Source: Okamejei kenojei
Lineage: Eukaryota
Reading direction: 5' to 3'
Assembly (NCBI GenBank): GCA_035221665.1
Contig: CM069162.1
Coordinates: forward strand, 19,158,001 to 19,222,000
Length of the DNA stretch: 64,000 nt
Shown here in pieces: positions 1 to 12,499 of this stretch; the stretch's first letter is position 1; each line of letters starts with the position of its first letter. A program made the position numbers and the translations under genes. Under the pieces are notes generated by a model. That model searched no databases. It had not been told where the DNA came from and was given only the letters and a program-made list of their open reading frames with translations.

Positions 1-540
1 AAATTAATCAGGACAGTGAAACTAGTTGGATATCTAGCGTGGGGGAAGAACAGAGAGAGAGGGAAACCAAGGGCTACGAAGTTAGAGAAATCAATATTCA
101 TCTCCAAAAATCTTACACATGTTTCCTATTTCTTTTTGACCAAATTTACAACATCTGTCATCATCCAATTTTCCCTTTCCTTGCGATTCCCTTCCCGCCT
201 CTCAGCTGGAACACGCTGGTCCTCAACAGCTGGTATTACTCAAACAACAGCTGCTCCTGATTCGCTCACCCGAATTCCTACCTAATACTGGCCCAATTTT
301 GTTTTCATTCCAATTTTGTATGTTCCACCAGGGTCCAGGCTTATTTTTATTCATAACTATGATAGAATAGTGATTCCTGCTCCGTAAATACGCTTGCACA
401 TAAACAGCAGCCACCTAGCCGGGCTCATTTCCCAATACAAGTCCATTATGATCCCTCCTCCCGTTGGATTCTCCACACACTGTTTGAAGAAACCCTCTTG
501 CATACACCTAACAAATTCTGCCCCGTTCGAAGCTTCAAGG
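1..540 (-). mobile_element. Degenerate CR1 LINE ORF2 fragment (end of endonuclease domain)
   Basis: Minus-strand translation FVRCMQEGFFKQCVENPTGGGIIMDL resembles the CR1 EN motif F..C.Q.GFL.QYV..PTR...ILDL; frameshifted downstream. Confidence 0.65.
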
Positions 541-551
541 GGATATACAGC

Positions 552-858
552 GGCATGATGGGCGCAACGGTACAGTTGTTGCCTTACAGCACTTGCAGCG
601 CCGGAGACCCGGGTTCGATCCTGACTACAGGTGCTCTCTGTACGGAGTTTGTACATTCTCCCCGTGACCTGCGGGGGTTTTCTCCGAGATCTTCACTTTC
701 CTCAAAGACATACAGGTTTGTAGGTTAATTGGCTTGGTGTAAGTGTAAATTGTCCCTCATGTCTGTAGTATAGTGGTAATTTGCGGGGATCGCTAGCCGA
801 CACGGGCTCGGTGGGCCGAAGGGCTTGTTTCCACGCTGTATCTCTAAACTAAACTAAA
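552..858 (+). mobile_element. HE1-like tRNA-derived V-SINE
   Basis: tRNA-like head with B box (gggttcgatcc), V-core (tgtacggagtttgtacattctccccgtgacc), CR1-like tail ending (ctaaa)n. Confidence 0.85.
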
Positions 859-1025
859 GATGAGATGTGGTGAGGGTTTTGGAGAAGAATTTTTGGAACC
901 CCTGAGAGATGATCCTGCAGTTTCTCACATTAGTTGCCAAATGCTTTCTAAACTGTTTACAAGAAAATGGTAATTGTAGAACTTTGTTTGGAAAATTCCT
1001 ACGCACTTGAGGCCAGCACATTCAT

Positions 1026-1376
1026 ATGAACACGCTAGAGGCAGGAAACATGTTCCCGATGTTGGGGGAGTCCAGAACCAGGGGCCACAGTTTAAGAATA
1101 AGGAGTAGGCCATTTGGAACGGAGATGAGGAAACACTTTTACTCACAGAGAGTGGTGAGTCTGTGGAATTCTCTGCCTCAGAGGGCAGTGGAGGCAGGTT
1201 CTCTGGATGCTTTCAAGAGAGAGCTAGATAGGGCTCTTAAAAATAGCAGAGTCAGGGGATATGGGGAGAAGGCAGGAACGGGGTACTGATCGGGGATGAT
1301 CAGCCATGATCACATTGAATGGTGGTGCTGGCTCGAAGGGCCAAATAGCCCACTCCTGCACCTATTGTCTACTGTC
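1026..1376 (+). mobile_element. CR1/HER1 LINE 3' end
   Basis: ORF2 C-terminus SRTRGHSLRIR...QRVVSLWNSLP followed by 3' UTR gatcagccatgatcacattgaatgg. Confidence 0.9.
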
Positions 1377-2192
1377 ATATGAAACAAATCAGAGTCATCC
1401 ATTCTGATTCATGAACATAACATTGAAAATTTTAAGATGATCATTTATAACATCCCGCATGTTGACGTCCTTTTCTGAAAGTCCATTCCTAAACTATGTG
1501 GCATGTAAGCTATGGGTCAGTCATAAGATGACAGTTCAATGAGATGTATTGCCTTGCATGTTACAGAACAGATTGAGTCATCTTACATTGGCAAGTATGA
1601 ATTGATCTCAACAATGAAAAGGCTTCATTAAAACAGCAAATTATCATATCATATTTTGAGGTAAAGAGACCGTGACAGTCAGAAATTTGGAAGCTTTAAT
1701 TTGTATAATGGATGTCATCGTCCATGGCCATCTGCCTCGCAGCAGGTCTCATCTCAGATCTTGAATCTTTTTGAAGGGATTCAGTTCCTCAGCTTACATG
1801 GCAGTCATTGTCTGCACGGATGAGCAGGGTTTCAATGAGGGGTGCAGGGGAGAGCCGCAAGGGACCAACCGCATATTTAGAAGCTATATATTCTCCACTG
1901 TACGAAAGACACTCAAGCTCCAACCCTTCCGAGTCGAAAGCCGAGATGCTCACGCTGAGCCAAGGTCTGGCTCTTACTTTTCCCACTCAAGTACAGAACG
2001 CACTGATTCACACTGAGGCAGAAACTGAGTCAATGGACCACGCTGGTACATGGGAGTAAATAATGAGTGGCCGCAGAGTATTCAGCTGTGAAGGTCACCG
2101 TTGGTTAGTCTAGTTTCTGCATTTCATCAATGCACATGTTCTAAGAGGGATAAAGTTCATCAGTGTGAGCCCGATCAGCCTGAGAATTATAA

Positions 2193-2660
2193 CACGATGG
2201 TGCAGCGATAGAGTTGCTGCCCTACAGCGGCAGAGACCCGGGTTCGTTCCTGACTACGGGTTCTGTCTGTCCAAAGTTTGTACACAATGGTCAAGTCTTG
2301 ACAGCAAAGGTGCTGTTGAGTCTCTTACAGTGCATGAGTGTGGAGTAAGGAGTCAGTCCCCATGCCTGTTGGGATGCATCCCAGATTATTGAGAGAGTCA
2401 CGAGAGCAGATTGATGGAGCCTTGACAAAGATCATGGTATCTTGGTACAGAAAATCCCCGTGACCTGCGTGGGTTTTCTCAGGGAACTTCGGTTTGCTCC
2501 CACACTCCAAAGCCGTACAGGTTTGCAGGTTAATTGGCTTGGTATAAATGTAAATTGCCCCTAGTGTGTGTAGGATAGTGTTAGTGTGCGGCGATCGCTG
2601 GTTGGTGCGGATTTGGTGGGCCAAAGGGCCTGTAAATTTGCTGTATCTCTAAACTAAACC
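2193..2660 (+). mobile_element. V-SINE interrupted by an internal CR1 fragment (~2285-2452)
   Basis: SINE head and tail are collinear with the other copies; the insert resembles the CR1 KSPGPDG..PR.LRE region. Confidence 0.7.
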
Positions 2661-2840
2661 ATTTGGAAGAGAAAAGAACATGCATCGTCAACCAGGCAAA
2701 CATTTCTTGTGAAAACCACAAGCATCTTTTATTAATGCATTTTTCGGTATCAGGCTTTGTTCTCAAGGCCAGCATTTAATGCCCATTCTTAATTGCTTTT
2801 GAACTGGGAGGGTTGCTGAACCGTTTAAGGATCAACCACA

Positions 2841-3088
2841 TTTTCACACAGAGAGTGGTGATTCTGTGGAATTCTCTGCCACAGAAGGTAGTTGAGGCCA
2901 GTTCGTTGGCCATATTTAAAAGGGGGTTAGATGTGGCCCTTGTGGCTGAAGGGATCAGGAGGTATGGAGAGAAGGCAGGTACAGGATACTGAGTTGGATG
3001 ATCAGCCATGATCATATTGAATGGCGGTGCAGGCTCGAAGGGCCGAATGGCCTGCTCCTGCACCTAATTTCTATGTTCTATGTTTCTA
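2841..3088 (+). mobile_element. CR1/HER1 LINE 3' end
   Basis: ttttcacacagagagtggtg...tggaattctctgcc; tail ends ctatgtttctat. Confidence 0.9.
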
Positions 3089-3121
3089 TTATTGGTGTCC
3101 AGAGCCATTTAGAGTGACTTA

Positions 3122-3666
3122 AGGGCCTGTCCCACTTGGACGACCTAATCCACGAGTTTAGAAGACCCTAGACGAGTTGAAAAAAATGTCAAGGTCGTGT
3201 TGACTCGCCGATGTAAAAGACCTCCTACGACTATGTCTACGACCTCCCTCAACCTCAGGTCTTCCACAACTAAGGCCAACTATGACTAGCTACGAGTGGA
3301 AAATGATCACATGATAAAATGATGTCATGTTTGCATTTTTTTTCTCGGGCTAGTTACCGATCTTCGACTACCTACGACTATCTACGACTACCATCAAGAC
3401 CTACTACGACCTACCTACGATTATAAAGTATCAATTTATTTCCATGCCGACCTCTTTTTTACTCGTGCACATTTTTTATCAAGCTGAAAAAAACACCGCA
3501 ACCTACTTGAGGCCATGAGCACGCAGAGACCACTCACGAGCATGAGGAAGAGTTACGAAGACCTCCTACGACCTTGTAAGACCTCGTGGCGACCATGCTG
3601 CGAGTATGAGTCGAGGGCAAACTCGGCAGAGGTTGCCAATTAGATCGTGAACATGGGACAGGGGCT
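3122..3666. mobile_element. PIF/Harbinger-type MITE
   Basis: TIR agggcctgtccca.../...tgggacaggggct; TTA on both sides (3119-3121, 3667-3669); same family as 44442-44938. Confidence 0.85.
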
Positions 3667-4629
3667 TTAGAGACTGACCGACAATGGCAGGTCACCGCCT
3701 GGCTGGACAGTGGTAACACTGCAAGATGGTGAAAATAAAACTATCAATTTAACAGCCATAACCATCCGCTCAGACTGATACACCACACAGCTTGCAGGTC
3801 ATCTTGATATTGGTATTAGTTTATTATTGTCACTTGCACCAAGTTTCAGTGAAGATCCTACGTTAATCCCCATTTCATCAATTTTCCCCAGATTCTACCA
3901 CCCACTTACACACGTTAAAGTGATCATTTAAACTACCAACTGACAGGAGTTCGATATGCAGGAGAAAACAGGAGCCCCTGTGGAGGAAACTTGTACAGTC
4001 ACAGGGAGAGCATGGGAACTCCACACAGAGAGCGCCAGAGATTGGGACCAAACCCAGTTCTCTGGGGCTGTGTGGCAGCGGCTTCACTAACTGGGCCACT
4101 GTACCGCCAGAAATACCCCAGATCATTTGATTTATCCGTTCGAACCATTACAAACCTTGCAGTGTTTGCACATGAAGTAAAATCTTCTAAAAAAAATCTT
4201 TTTAATTGATGCAGGTAACTTGTGTGGTCCATTATTATATACTTCACGAATGAGGCACTCAGCACCTTTTCTAAACAACGGTCGATAACGCACGGTTTCA
4301 CTTTGCCATGAATTCAAAGTGATTCCACGTGCTTTTTTAGATGTTTTATTGTACAGCGGGGATTCACTAACCTTTTGGATACAGGACTCTACCAAAGCTC
4401 ATCTGCTTTTTGTTATGCTAATGATTTTAGCATAGCTTCACCGCATGCTTTGGAAAACTATTCTTCCCAGAAATTGCTTTCTATTTCTGGTCTCCTTTTA
4501 ATATACGCTGCTCTTGCCTTCCCTTCTAGAATTCCCCGTTTCATTCCAAAACGTGATCATTTGTGTTGGTTTATAACTGTGCTGCGTTCACAGTCTTCCA
4601 GTAATCCACTTTCAGATAATCCCACTGAA

Positions 4630-4727
4630 CCCATCTGAAGAAGAGTTTCGGCCCGAAACGTTGCCTATTTCCTTCGCTCCATAGATGCTGCCTCACCCGC
4701 TGAGTTTCTCCAGCATTTTTGTCCACC
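4630..4727 (+). mobile_element. Short Penelope-derived fragment flanked by a duplication
   Basis: ctgaagaa...cgaaacg...gatgctgcc...tgagtttctccagcatt; flanked by ttcagataatcccactgaa at 4611-4629 and 4728-4746. Confidence 0.7.
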
Positions 4728-5479
4728 TTCAGATAATCCCACTGAAGTCGCAACAGGAAAATGACTGAGAGAGAAAAATCAAAGATCACTCTGCATTTCC
4801 AGATGGGTTTAGGAGATCTGGAGACAAATGGCATACATGTTTGACAGACTGGGTTAACAATTGGGCAAAGCATCTAAAATAGGTTCATTGCTCTCGACTA
4901 GGGCCCTGTTTGTGAACATGAACCCCTCACAAACAAAGGGAATGACTAAGGAGCTGCCAATGGCAATGCGATAATGGGACACAATGAAAGCTCACCTGGG
5001 GTAGAATTAGAAGAACGATGAGCCAACCAAACCACTCTGTTCAACCTGAGAAAATGGTAGGGCGTTTCATGCAGTTTTATTTTTGGAGATATAGCGTGGA
5101 AACAGGCTCTTTGGCACAACGAGTCCATGTTAACCATCGATCACCCGTTCACACTAGGTCTATGTTATCCCACGTTTCGCATCCTACACTCCAGGGGTAA
5201 TGTTCAGAAACCAATTAGCCCACAAACCTGCACATCGTTTGGAGGATACACAAAAGGCTGGAGAAACTCAGCGGGTGCAGCAGCATCTAAGGAGCGAAGG
5301 AGATAGGCGACGTTTCGGGTCGAGACCCTTCTTCAGACTTGGAGTGTGGGAGGAAACCAGAGCTCCCATTCCTAATTGCCCCTGCACTGGTGAGGCAGTC
5401 AAGACTTGACCATGTGTCGGGCTGGAGTCAGGTGTAGACCAAACATGGCAGGAACAGCAGACGTACTGTTCTGGTTACC

Positions 5480-5945
5480 ACTCGGTAGAAGGATGTGAGG
5501 GGACAGGAGATTCACCAAGGATGTTGCCTGGGATGGAGCTCCACAGTTACAAGGAGAAGCTGGATGGGTCACTTCTCATTTTGGCTGCAATGGAAAAGAC
5601 TGATAGGAAACCTGAATTATTATAATGGAGCACAGATTGGGTAGATAGATGGCAATGTTTCCAAGTAGCAGAGAGATATCTAAAACTAGAGGGCATGGGG
5701 TTAGGGTAAGGGGTTGGGGGTTTAGAGGAGATCCGAAGAAGACCTTTATCAATCAGTGGGAGGTTGGAGCCTGCAACGCGTACTGCCAAGTGGGTGCTGG
5801 AGACTCTCACAACATCTAGGAAGTATCTAGATGAACAGTTGAATCATCAATACAGGGGAGGCTATGGGCCAACTGATGATGAATGATGGATACATTCTTG
5901 ATGGTGGCCCAAGTGCCAATTTTGTGCTGTGTGACTCTATGACTT
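5480..5945 (+). mobile_element. Old CR1 LINE 3' fragment
   Basis: Degenerate ttcaccaaggatgttgcctggg...aaaactagagggcat...tgtgactctatga. Confidence 0.65.
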
Positions 5946-6774
5946 AATGAAGTATATCAGTGAACCAGATTGTCTTGTTTTACCGTAACTTGGTCATTTC
6001 ATGTTTCTTTTGGGAAACCTATCTAATTACTAGGATTAAATTTTCTTTTAAATTCCCGATGTAATTAATTACTTGAATTTAAATTCCCAGCTGCTACGAT
6101 GGGATTTGAACTCATGTCTCTGAATCAATGATGCAAACTCTGGCTACCAGTCCAGCAACTTAATTGGAACCCTAACCTAAAAATGCCAATCATTGTTACA
6201 TGGGTTGACTACAATTGGCTTAAATTTGTGGCAATTTCCAATAATGTGTCATGTAACATTCCAACACCAATGATAAATAAAGTTGAAGATGACTCATTTT
6301 GCCATGTGCTCTTTTCCATTTTGACATATTAATGTGGGAGAATCTGACAAATTCTATGGTTGTAATGATGTATGTCCAACATTCAGTTATATTCAGATAT
6401 TAAGGCTGTTGCTGAGAATATCTTTGCTGTAATATGAAACTGAAAATACTGAAAATACTCAGCAGGGAGAAACACGATTAATGCTTTCTATGAACTGGGA
6501 ACTGCTCTTCTTACAAGTTCTAGGAGCAGAATGAGGCCATTCGGCCCATCTAGTCTACCCCGCTATTCAGTAATGGCTGATCTGTCTTTCCCTCTCAACC
6601 CCATTCTCCTGCCTTCTCCCCATAACCCCCGGCACCCACTCTTGGAGTAAGGCTTAACTGGGACACACATCACGATCAACCATCCAAGGTTGCAAGGGTG
6701 GCCTAGAACCTCAATGCTGGTGCATGTAGATTGAAGTATGAGGCCATGGCACATTTAAATATAATATATCAGGA

Positions 6775-7190
6775 CTACAGGGTCTGAGCTGTGTTGAGCA
6801 GGCTGGATCTCTATTCCTTGGGGCACAGGAGGGTGAGAGGTGATCTTATAGATCAGGAGAGGAATAGATTGGGTAGATGCACAGAGTTTCTTGCGCAGAG
6901 TAGGTGAATCAAGGAACTGAGGATATAGCTGAAGGGAAAAGATTTAAGAGGAACCTGAGGGGTACCTTTTTCACACAAAGAGTGGTGGGTGTATGGAACC
7001 ATCTGCCAGAGGAGGTAGTTGAGGCAGGGACTATCCCAACATTTAAGAAGCAGTTAGACAGGTACATGGATAGGACAGGTTTGGAGGGATATGGACCACA
7101 TCCTGGCAGGTGGTAGCTGGGACATGTTGGCCGGTGTGAGCAAGTTGGGCCGAAGGGCCTGTTTCCACTCTGTATCACTCTATGACTATG
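6775..7190 (+). mobile_element. CR1 LINE 3' fragment
   Basis: Encodes RFKRNLRGTFFTQRVVGVWNHLP; tail gggccgaagggcctgtttcc...ctctatgactatga. Confidence 0.85.
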
Positions 7191-9803
7191 ACTTTGCATT
7201 AACACAAGCCTTTTGTTCATTATTACCACTTAATTTAAGGTCTAGCTTCACCACAATTCAATTCTATGTAATTCTTTGAAATTGCACCAGTATTATTTGC
7301 AGCAGTGAATAAATTGGGGAGAATGATAAGTCTGTTCCTATAGTGGTTCCTTGCTGCCTTGTAAGCAAAATGCTCACTGATAGAATGTGGATTTATCTTG
7401 CAATCATTAGCATCTGCAGCAAAATAAATACAGGCGATCCCCGCATTACAGCTATTCGGGTTCAGAAGTTCACCCTTACAAACCACTCCCGAAAACTTTG
7501 AGATATAGAATATAATTTGCTCTTACAGCATTTTAGTTGAGAAAAGGTAAATGAATAAACACAATATTAAAATTTCAATTTGCATATCTTGACACATGTA
7601 CCGATGACAGTTTAATGTTAACGGAATTTTACAATGTTGACTGTTTTTGCAAGGAACACAACACACCCTCTCCCCATAACACAGGCGTCAGCTATAATAA
7701 GGCAAAGTAACTGAATTTCACATAACCAACCTGCACCTATACAGAAAAACATTGCTAATTCTCCTGTGGAGGGAATGGAAAGCCGACATTTTGGCTCGGG
7801 GGTCATCTTCAGATATAGAGCAGACTTGCCCACAAACAAGTCTGTTCTACATTACCATGAATCACCTTCAAGTTCCCAGCAACAACAATAAGAGGTCTAT
7901 GGTAAAATGCCCATCTTCAAGGGAATCGCAGACTCCTGGAGAGGAGGAATGGGTGACGTTTCAAGTCGAGACCCTTCTTCAAGGCTCTCGATCCAAAACG
8001 TCACCCCTTCCTTCTCTCTAGAGATGCTGCCTGCCCCGTTGAGTTACTCCAGCTTTTTGTGTCTATCTTTGAGCAGCCGCTTGGTCACCCATCTTAATGT
8101 CAATTTCTGTGCTTCCACAGCATTCTGCCTGAAGAGCATCTTTGGATGATTTGACAAGGTGAAAGGTGCTACCTAAATTCAGCATCTTTTCCTTGGCTAA
8201 AGAACGATAATGGGACAGACAACTTGCCAGTTGGCTCCCACTCATCGCCAAGGTCTTGTGCACCACAGTGGGATCGTGCAAGAATGTGGGCAGAAGACAT
8301 AAATACTCTTTGACAGCTGGCTAAGCCATTCACTCCACTCTGCCAGAAATGTTAAAGTTGGCAAAGAGCTTAAAACAATCTGGAATGTTTCAGATGCTCA
8401 GAAACAATTACAAAGATTAAAACCATTTGAACATTTTAAGCAAAAATATATATTTTTAAACTAGTTTTAAAACATTTACAAGAATTCAAAACATTAAAAA
8501 ATCTAATTTAAGCCAATAAGCCCAAGTCTCCCAAGTCTCCACGTCACCCATTCCTTCTCTACAGAGATGCTGCCTGCCCGCTGAGTTACTCCAGCTGTTT
8601 CTGTCTTTCTTCGGTTTATCCAGCATCTGCGGTTCCTTCGCACACAAATCTCCTTGACTGATCTCCTCCACTCCCTTAGTACCAGTACATGTACAGGGAT
8701 TCCTCACCGCAAGCAACACAGAAATGTGCTGTCATTTCATATTCTGATGCGCAATCTACAATGGGGCCCAGCACCACGTTCAAAGGGTGTTAAAAGGCAG
8801 GGGGTGTTTTACAGACCATCTATGAACTATCCCATTATCGAGCAACTGAAAGAAGTAGACTAGAAAGCCTAACTCTTGGTAAGATCTAAGGAGCTCAGCG
8901 TACAGTCCTAGTACATCCAGTCAGAGCCAAATATATTTCTCCCTCTCCACAATCAGTCTGAAGAACGGCCCCAAACCAAAACATCACCAATCGATGTTCT
9001 TCAGAGATGCTGCCCAACTGTTGTGGTACTCCAGCACTGTGTCCTTTGTGTAAACCAGCATCTCCCGTTCATTGTTTCTATATTTTTCAGCCACTTGATG
9101 GAACACCAAAGCAAAGCAGATTTCAGAACAGATCGATGCACCTAATATTCAAGTCCTCCAATGGGGATTGTAGCACTTCTAATTATTTTAATACACTTGG
9201 AAATCATAATTTCTCCTCTCATGCATCAAGGGTATGGTTGCTCTTCAGTCAGACTGGAGGAACAAGTAACCCATGTCATTCCCAGTGCACGTGCCAATAT
9301 AAAGAGGCTTGCTGTTCAGCTCCCTCTTGTCATCCAAAAACCTGCACAGTTGGAAAGTCAGTATTGAGAGATAGATCCAGTTCATTGTATCATTGACTAA
9401 GATATTTTTTTTAAATCAGAAGCAGGCTTGCAGTTAATCTTCACCATGTGTGACCCAGGATACGTTTCTGCTCTCGGGTGGGAACTTGTACTATAGGTGA
9501 AAGAAAGTAGTCTGATCCACAACCGTACACTTAGCCACCCAAAAGGTTCCGCAACACAATCACAGAGAGTTGCTGGTCATAAGTGATAGGAGCAGAATTA
9601 GGCCATTTGGCCCATCAAGTCTACTCCACCATTCAATCATGGCTGATCTATCTCTCCCTCCTAACCCCATCCTCCTGCCTTCTCCCCATAGCCCCTGACA
9701 CCCGTACAAATCAAGAATCTATCTATCACTGCCTTAAACATATCCATTGACTTGGCCTCCACAGCCTTCTGTAGCAAACAATTCCACAGATTCACCACCC
9801 TTT

Positions 9804-9857
9804 GGGATGGGAGATTGCAACCTTCACGTGGTCCACCCTGTTTCGACTAATGCAATC
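9804..9857 (+). ncRNA. Predicted minimal HDV-like ribozyme (one P1 mismatch)
   Basis: P1 GGGATGG/CCACCCT, P2 GATTGCA/TGCAATC, P3 ACC/GGT, L3 TTCACGT, J4/2 C-TAA. Confidence 0.7.
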
Positions 9858-9941
9858 AACCGGACATGCACAATCAAATAAGATCAAATAGAACAAGTTG
9901 ACCTACAACTTCAGGTTGTGAATGCCATACGCAAGAAGAAG
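9804..9941 (+). mobile_element. Short non-autonomous retroposon (Ingi/Vingi-like 3' end) with 5' HDV-like ribozyme, copy 1
   Basis: 5' 54 nt fold as a nested double pseudoknot; 3' end gccatacgcaagaagaag; paralogous to 57218-57335. Confidence 0.75.
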
Positions 9942-10499
9942 TTCGTCCTCTGACTAAAGAAATTCCTCCTCATCTCCTTCCTAAAGGAAATCCTATGACC
10001 TCTGGTCCTGGGCTCTCCCACTACCCACTCACCCACTGGTGTCTCGCGCTTCTTTGGACTGATCCCTCACTCTGTTCTGCTCATCCGGTAAAATGTTATT
10101 TTGACTGAGGCAGAATCCACCAGCCATTCTCCAGCTGTCTAGCCAACCTCCACTTTGGGTGGGATGAAATATTATTAAACCTCTCCAGAACGACAATCAG
10201 TCTGGTGCCCATATTACCACCCATGTAATTACATAGAGATGATTCTGCCCCAGACATTAAAACCCAGTACATAACGAGGTGGTAAAAAATTATATACCAG
10301 AGCATTAAAATATGCAAACTCTTGTTTTTCATAAAACCTCCACTGTTGGAAAGTCAGCTTTGAGAGAAAGATCCAGTTCATTGCATCAGTGTCCCGGATT
10401 TTCTGTTAAAAATCAGACAGATCCTCTTTGATCTGCTTGGGTCTGGATTTAACAGCAGAAGATCAAGATTTTCAATGCCATTTAAGAGCAGATGACACA

Positions 10500-10950
10500 G
10501 ACAAAGGCACAAAATGCTGGAGTAACTCAGCGGGTCAGGCACCATGTCTGTACAAAAGGAATATGTGATGTTTTGGGTCGAGACCCTTCATCACACTGAA
10601 AGTCAGGGAGGGGAACACTAGAGATATGGGAAGGTACCGAAAAAAACAGGACCTACATTGATGACTCGGGAAAGGTGGAGCCCACAATGGTGCTTTGTTG
10701 GCTGGGGACGAGGTGATAACAAAGGAATTGGAGTTGGATGATCAGCCATGATCATATTGAATGGCGGTGCAGGCTCGAAGGGCCGAATGGCCTACTCCTG
10801 CAGCTATTTTCTATGTTTCTATGTTTCTATGAATTTAAACGGTGACATTAGGATTAGGGTGGGGGAGGGATGGAGAGAGCGAATACAAGGGCTACTTGCT
10901 GCTACCACATGCCGTTGGGGGTTATAAACTGCTGGTGAAATATGAGGTGC
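10500..10950 (-). mobile_element. Penelope-like fragment with a CR1 3' tail inserted (~10729-10830)
   Basis: aaaatgctggagtaactcagcggg...gggtcgagacccttc block shared with the GIY-YIG-bearing copy at 58607. Confidence 0.65.
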
Positions 10951-11148
10951 TCAGAGCAGGTGAACTGGATTTCCAAACTTCCACCAATAGAATAATACAG
11001 AAAGGAGCCGGCACATTAGTGCCACATACTTTGAAGCCCCATCCAAGCAGTTCTATTCCACCTGCGCTCTCCCCATTCCTGTAATTCTGTCCCCTGCAAC
11101 TACTTACCCAATTACATTTTGAAGTTTATTATTGAATCTAAACCAACT

Positions 11149-11395
11149 GGCACAATGGCACAGCTGGTAGAGCAACTGCCTCACAGTGCCAGGGACCCGG
11201 GTTCGATCCTGTCCCCGGGAGCTCTCTGTGTGGAATTTACACATTCTCCCTGTGACCGCGTGGGTTTCCTCCGGGTGCTCCGGCTTCTTCCCACATCCCA
11301 GGGATGTGCGGGTTTATAGGTTAATCAGCCTCTGTAAATTACCTCTAGTGTGTTGGCAGTGCATGCGAAAATGAGATAACATAGAACCAGTGTGA
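11149..11395 (+). mobile_element. V-SINE
   Basis: ggcacaatggcacagc...gggttcgatcc...V-core. Confidence 0.8.
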
Positions 11396-11439
11396 GGGGC
11401 AGAGTGGCCTATTCCTGCTTCCGTTTTTAAATTTGGTTT

Positions 11440-11622
11440 TCCCCCTCTTCCCCCTCTTCCCCCTCCCTTCTCCTCTCTCTCCCTCCCCCCCCTCTCCCTC
11501 TCCCTCCCGCCCCCTCTCCCTCCCCCCCCCTCTCCCTCTCCCCCCCTCTCCCTCCCCCCCCCCTCCCTCCCCCCTCTCCCTCCCCCCCCCCTCCCTCCCC
11601 CCCCTCTCCCTCCCCCCCTCCC
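11440..11622. repeat. C/T-only low-complexity tract (G-rich on minus strand)
   Basis: About 180 nt of c-runs separated by t. Confidence 0.9.
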
Positions 11623-12499
11623 TTGGAGTGATCTAAACATGTTCATAAACACCACGAACAAGATTAAAAAGCATCTTTAAAGTAGCAGCATGTTTCAAGG
11701 TACGTCAGACAGATATTTATTGTCAGGCCAGCACAAGATAAATTAGGGTAGTTGAGCAAAAACATAACAAAGAGATTGCTTTTCATTAAGGGAGGAGAGT
11801 GAGATCACAGTTGATCTTTTCCTCAGTACCACTTTATTCTTGATTCCATAATATCTAAAACATGCTGCTATCTCAAATACATAATGCTCCACAGCAATTA
11901 TTGTCAGAGCATGCCAAAGATTTAGCACATTCTTGTTTACAAATGCTTAGCGAAGGTTCTCTAGAACTTACAGCCCAAGCAGGTAAAGGCAATGTCGCCA
12001 GTGGTGAAATAATAGTAAGATTAAATGAGAACTTACCAGTTTGAAGTTTGATCTTTATTTTATGAGGAGTTACGATGAGGGATTACGTGAAGACCCTGCC
12101 AGCACGCATGCGCGACATTCTTCAAAGCAGTGATGTGAAATCACAGATACCAGAGTAGACTAATATAGTAAGATAAGAGAGAACTTCCATACCAGTTGAA
12201 CTTTATAATAGAGGGTTTTGGGAGCGGAGGGCACATAATCCCTCATCATAACTCCTCATAAAATAAAGATCAAACTTCAAACTGGTAAGTTCTCATTTAA
12301 TCTTACTATTTTACTTCGGAGTCACGTGAGTGACTACGTGAAGATTTCAAAGCTCCGTGATTTCATGCCCTGGAACGAGTCCATGCTCACACACTGCCAT
12401 TCTGGGAAGGAGGATGAACGTATTTCAGACACGATACTGTGCTGAAAAACAAGAAAGGTATTATTCATACCTAAAATAATATGCCCCACATTGGGTAAT

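Larger units (their letters stand above)
9578..10022 (-). mobile_element. CR1 3' fragment interrupted by the ribozyme-headed retroposon
   Basis: Reverse CR1 3' UTR/ORF2 end, broken between ttcaccaccc (9800) and tctgactaaag (~9949). Confidence 0.85.

Noticed and set aside
552-630. tRNA genes at SINE heads
   Set aside because: A/B-box-like heads run straight into the V-SINE core and tail; no complete cloverleaf.
9345-9400. C/D-box snoRNA pair within the 85-bp direct repeat (minus strand)
   Set aside because: CTGA is present but the C boxes are non-consensus and there is no terminal stem.
11314-11661. Gly/Arg-rich and Pro-rich ORFs
   Set aside because: Translation of a C/T low-complexity tract.
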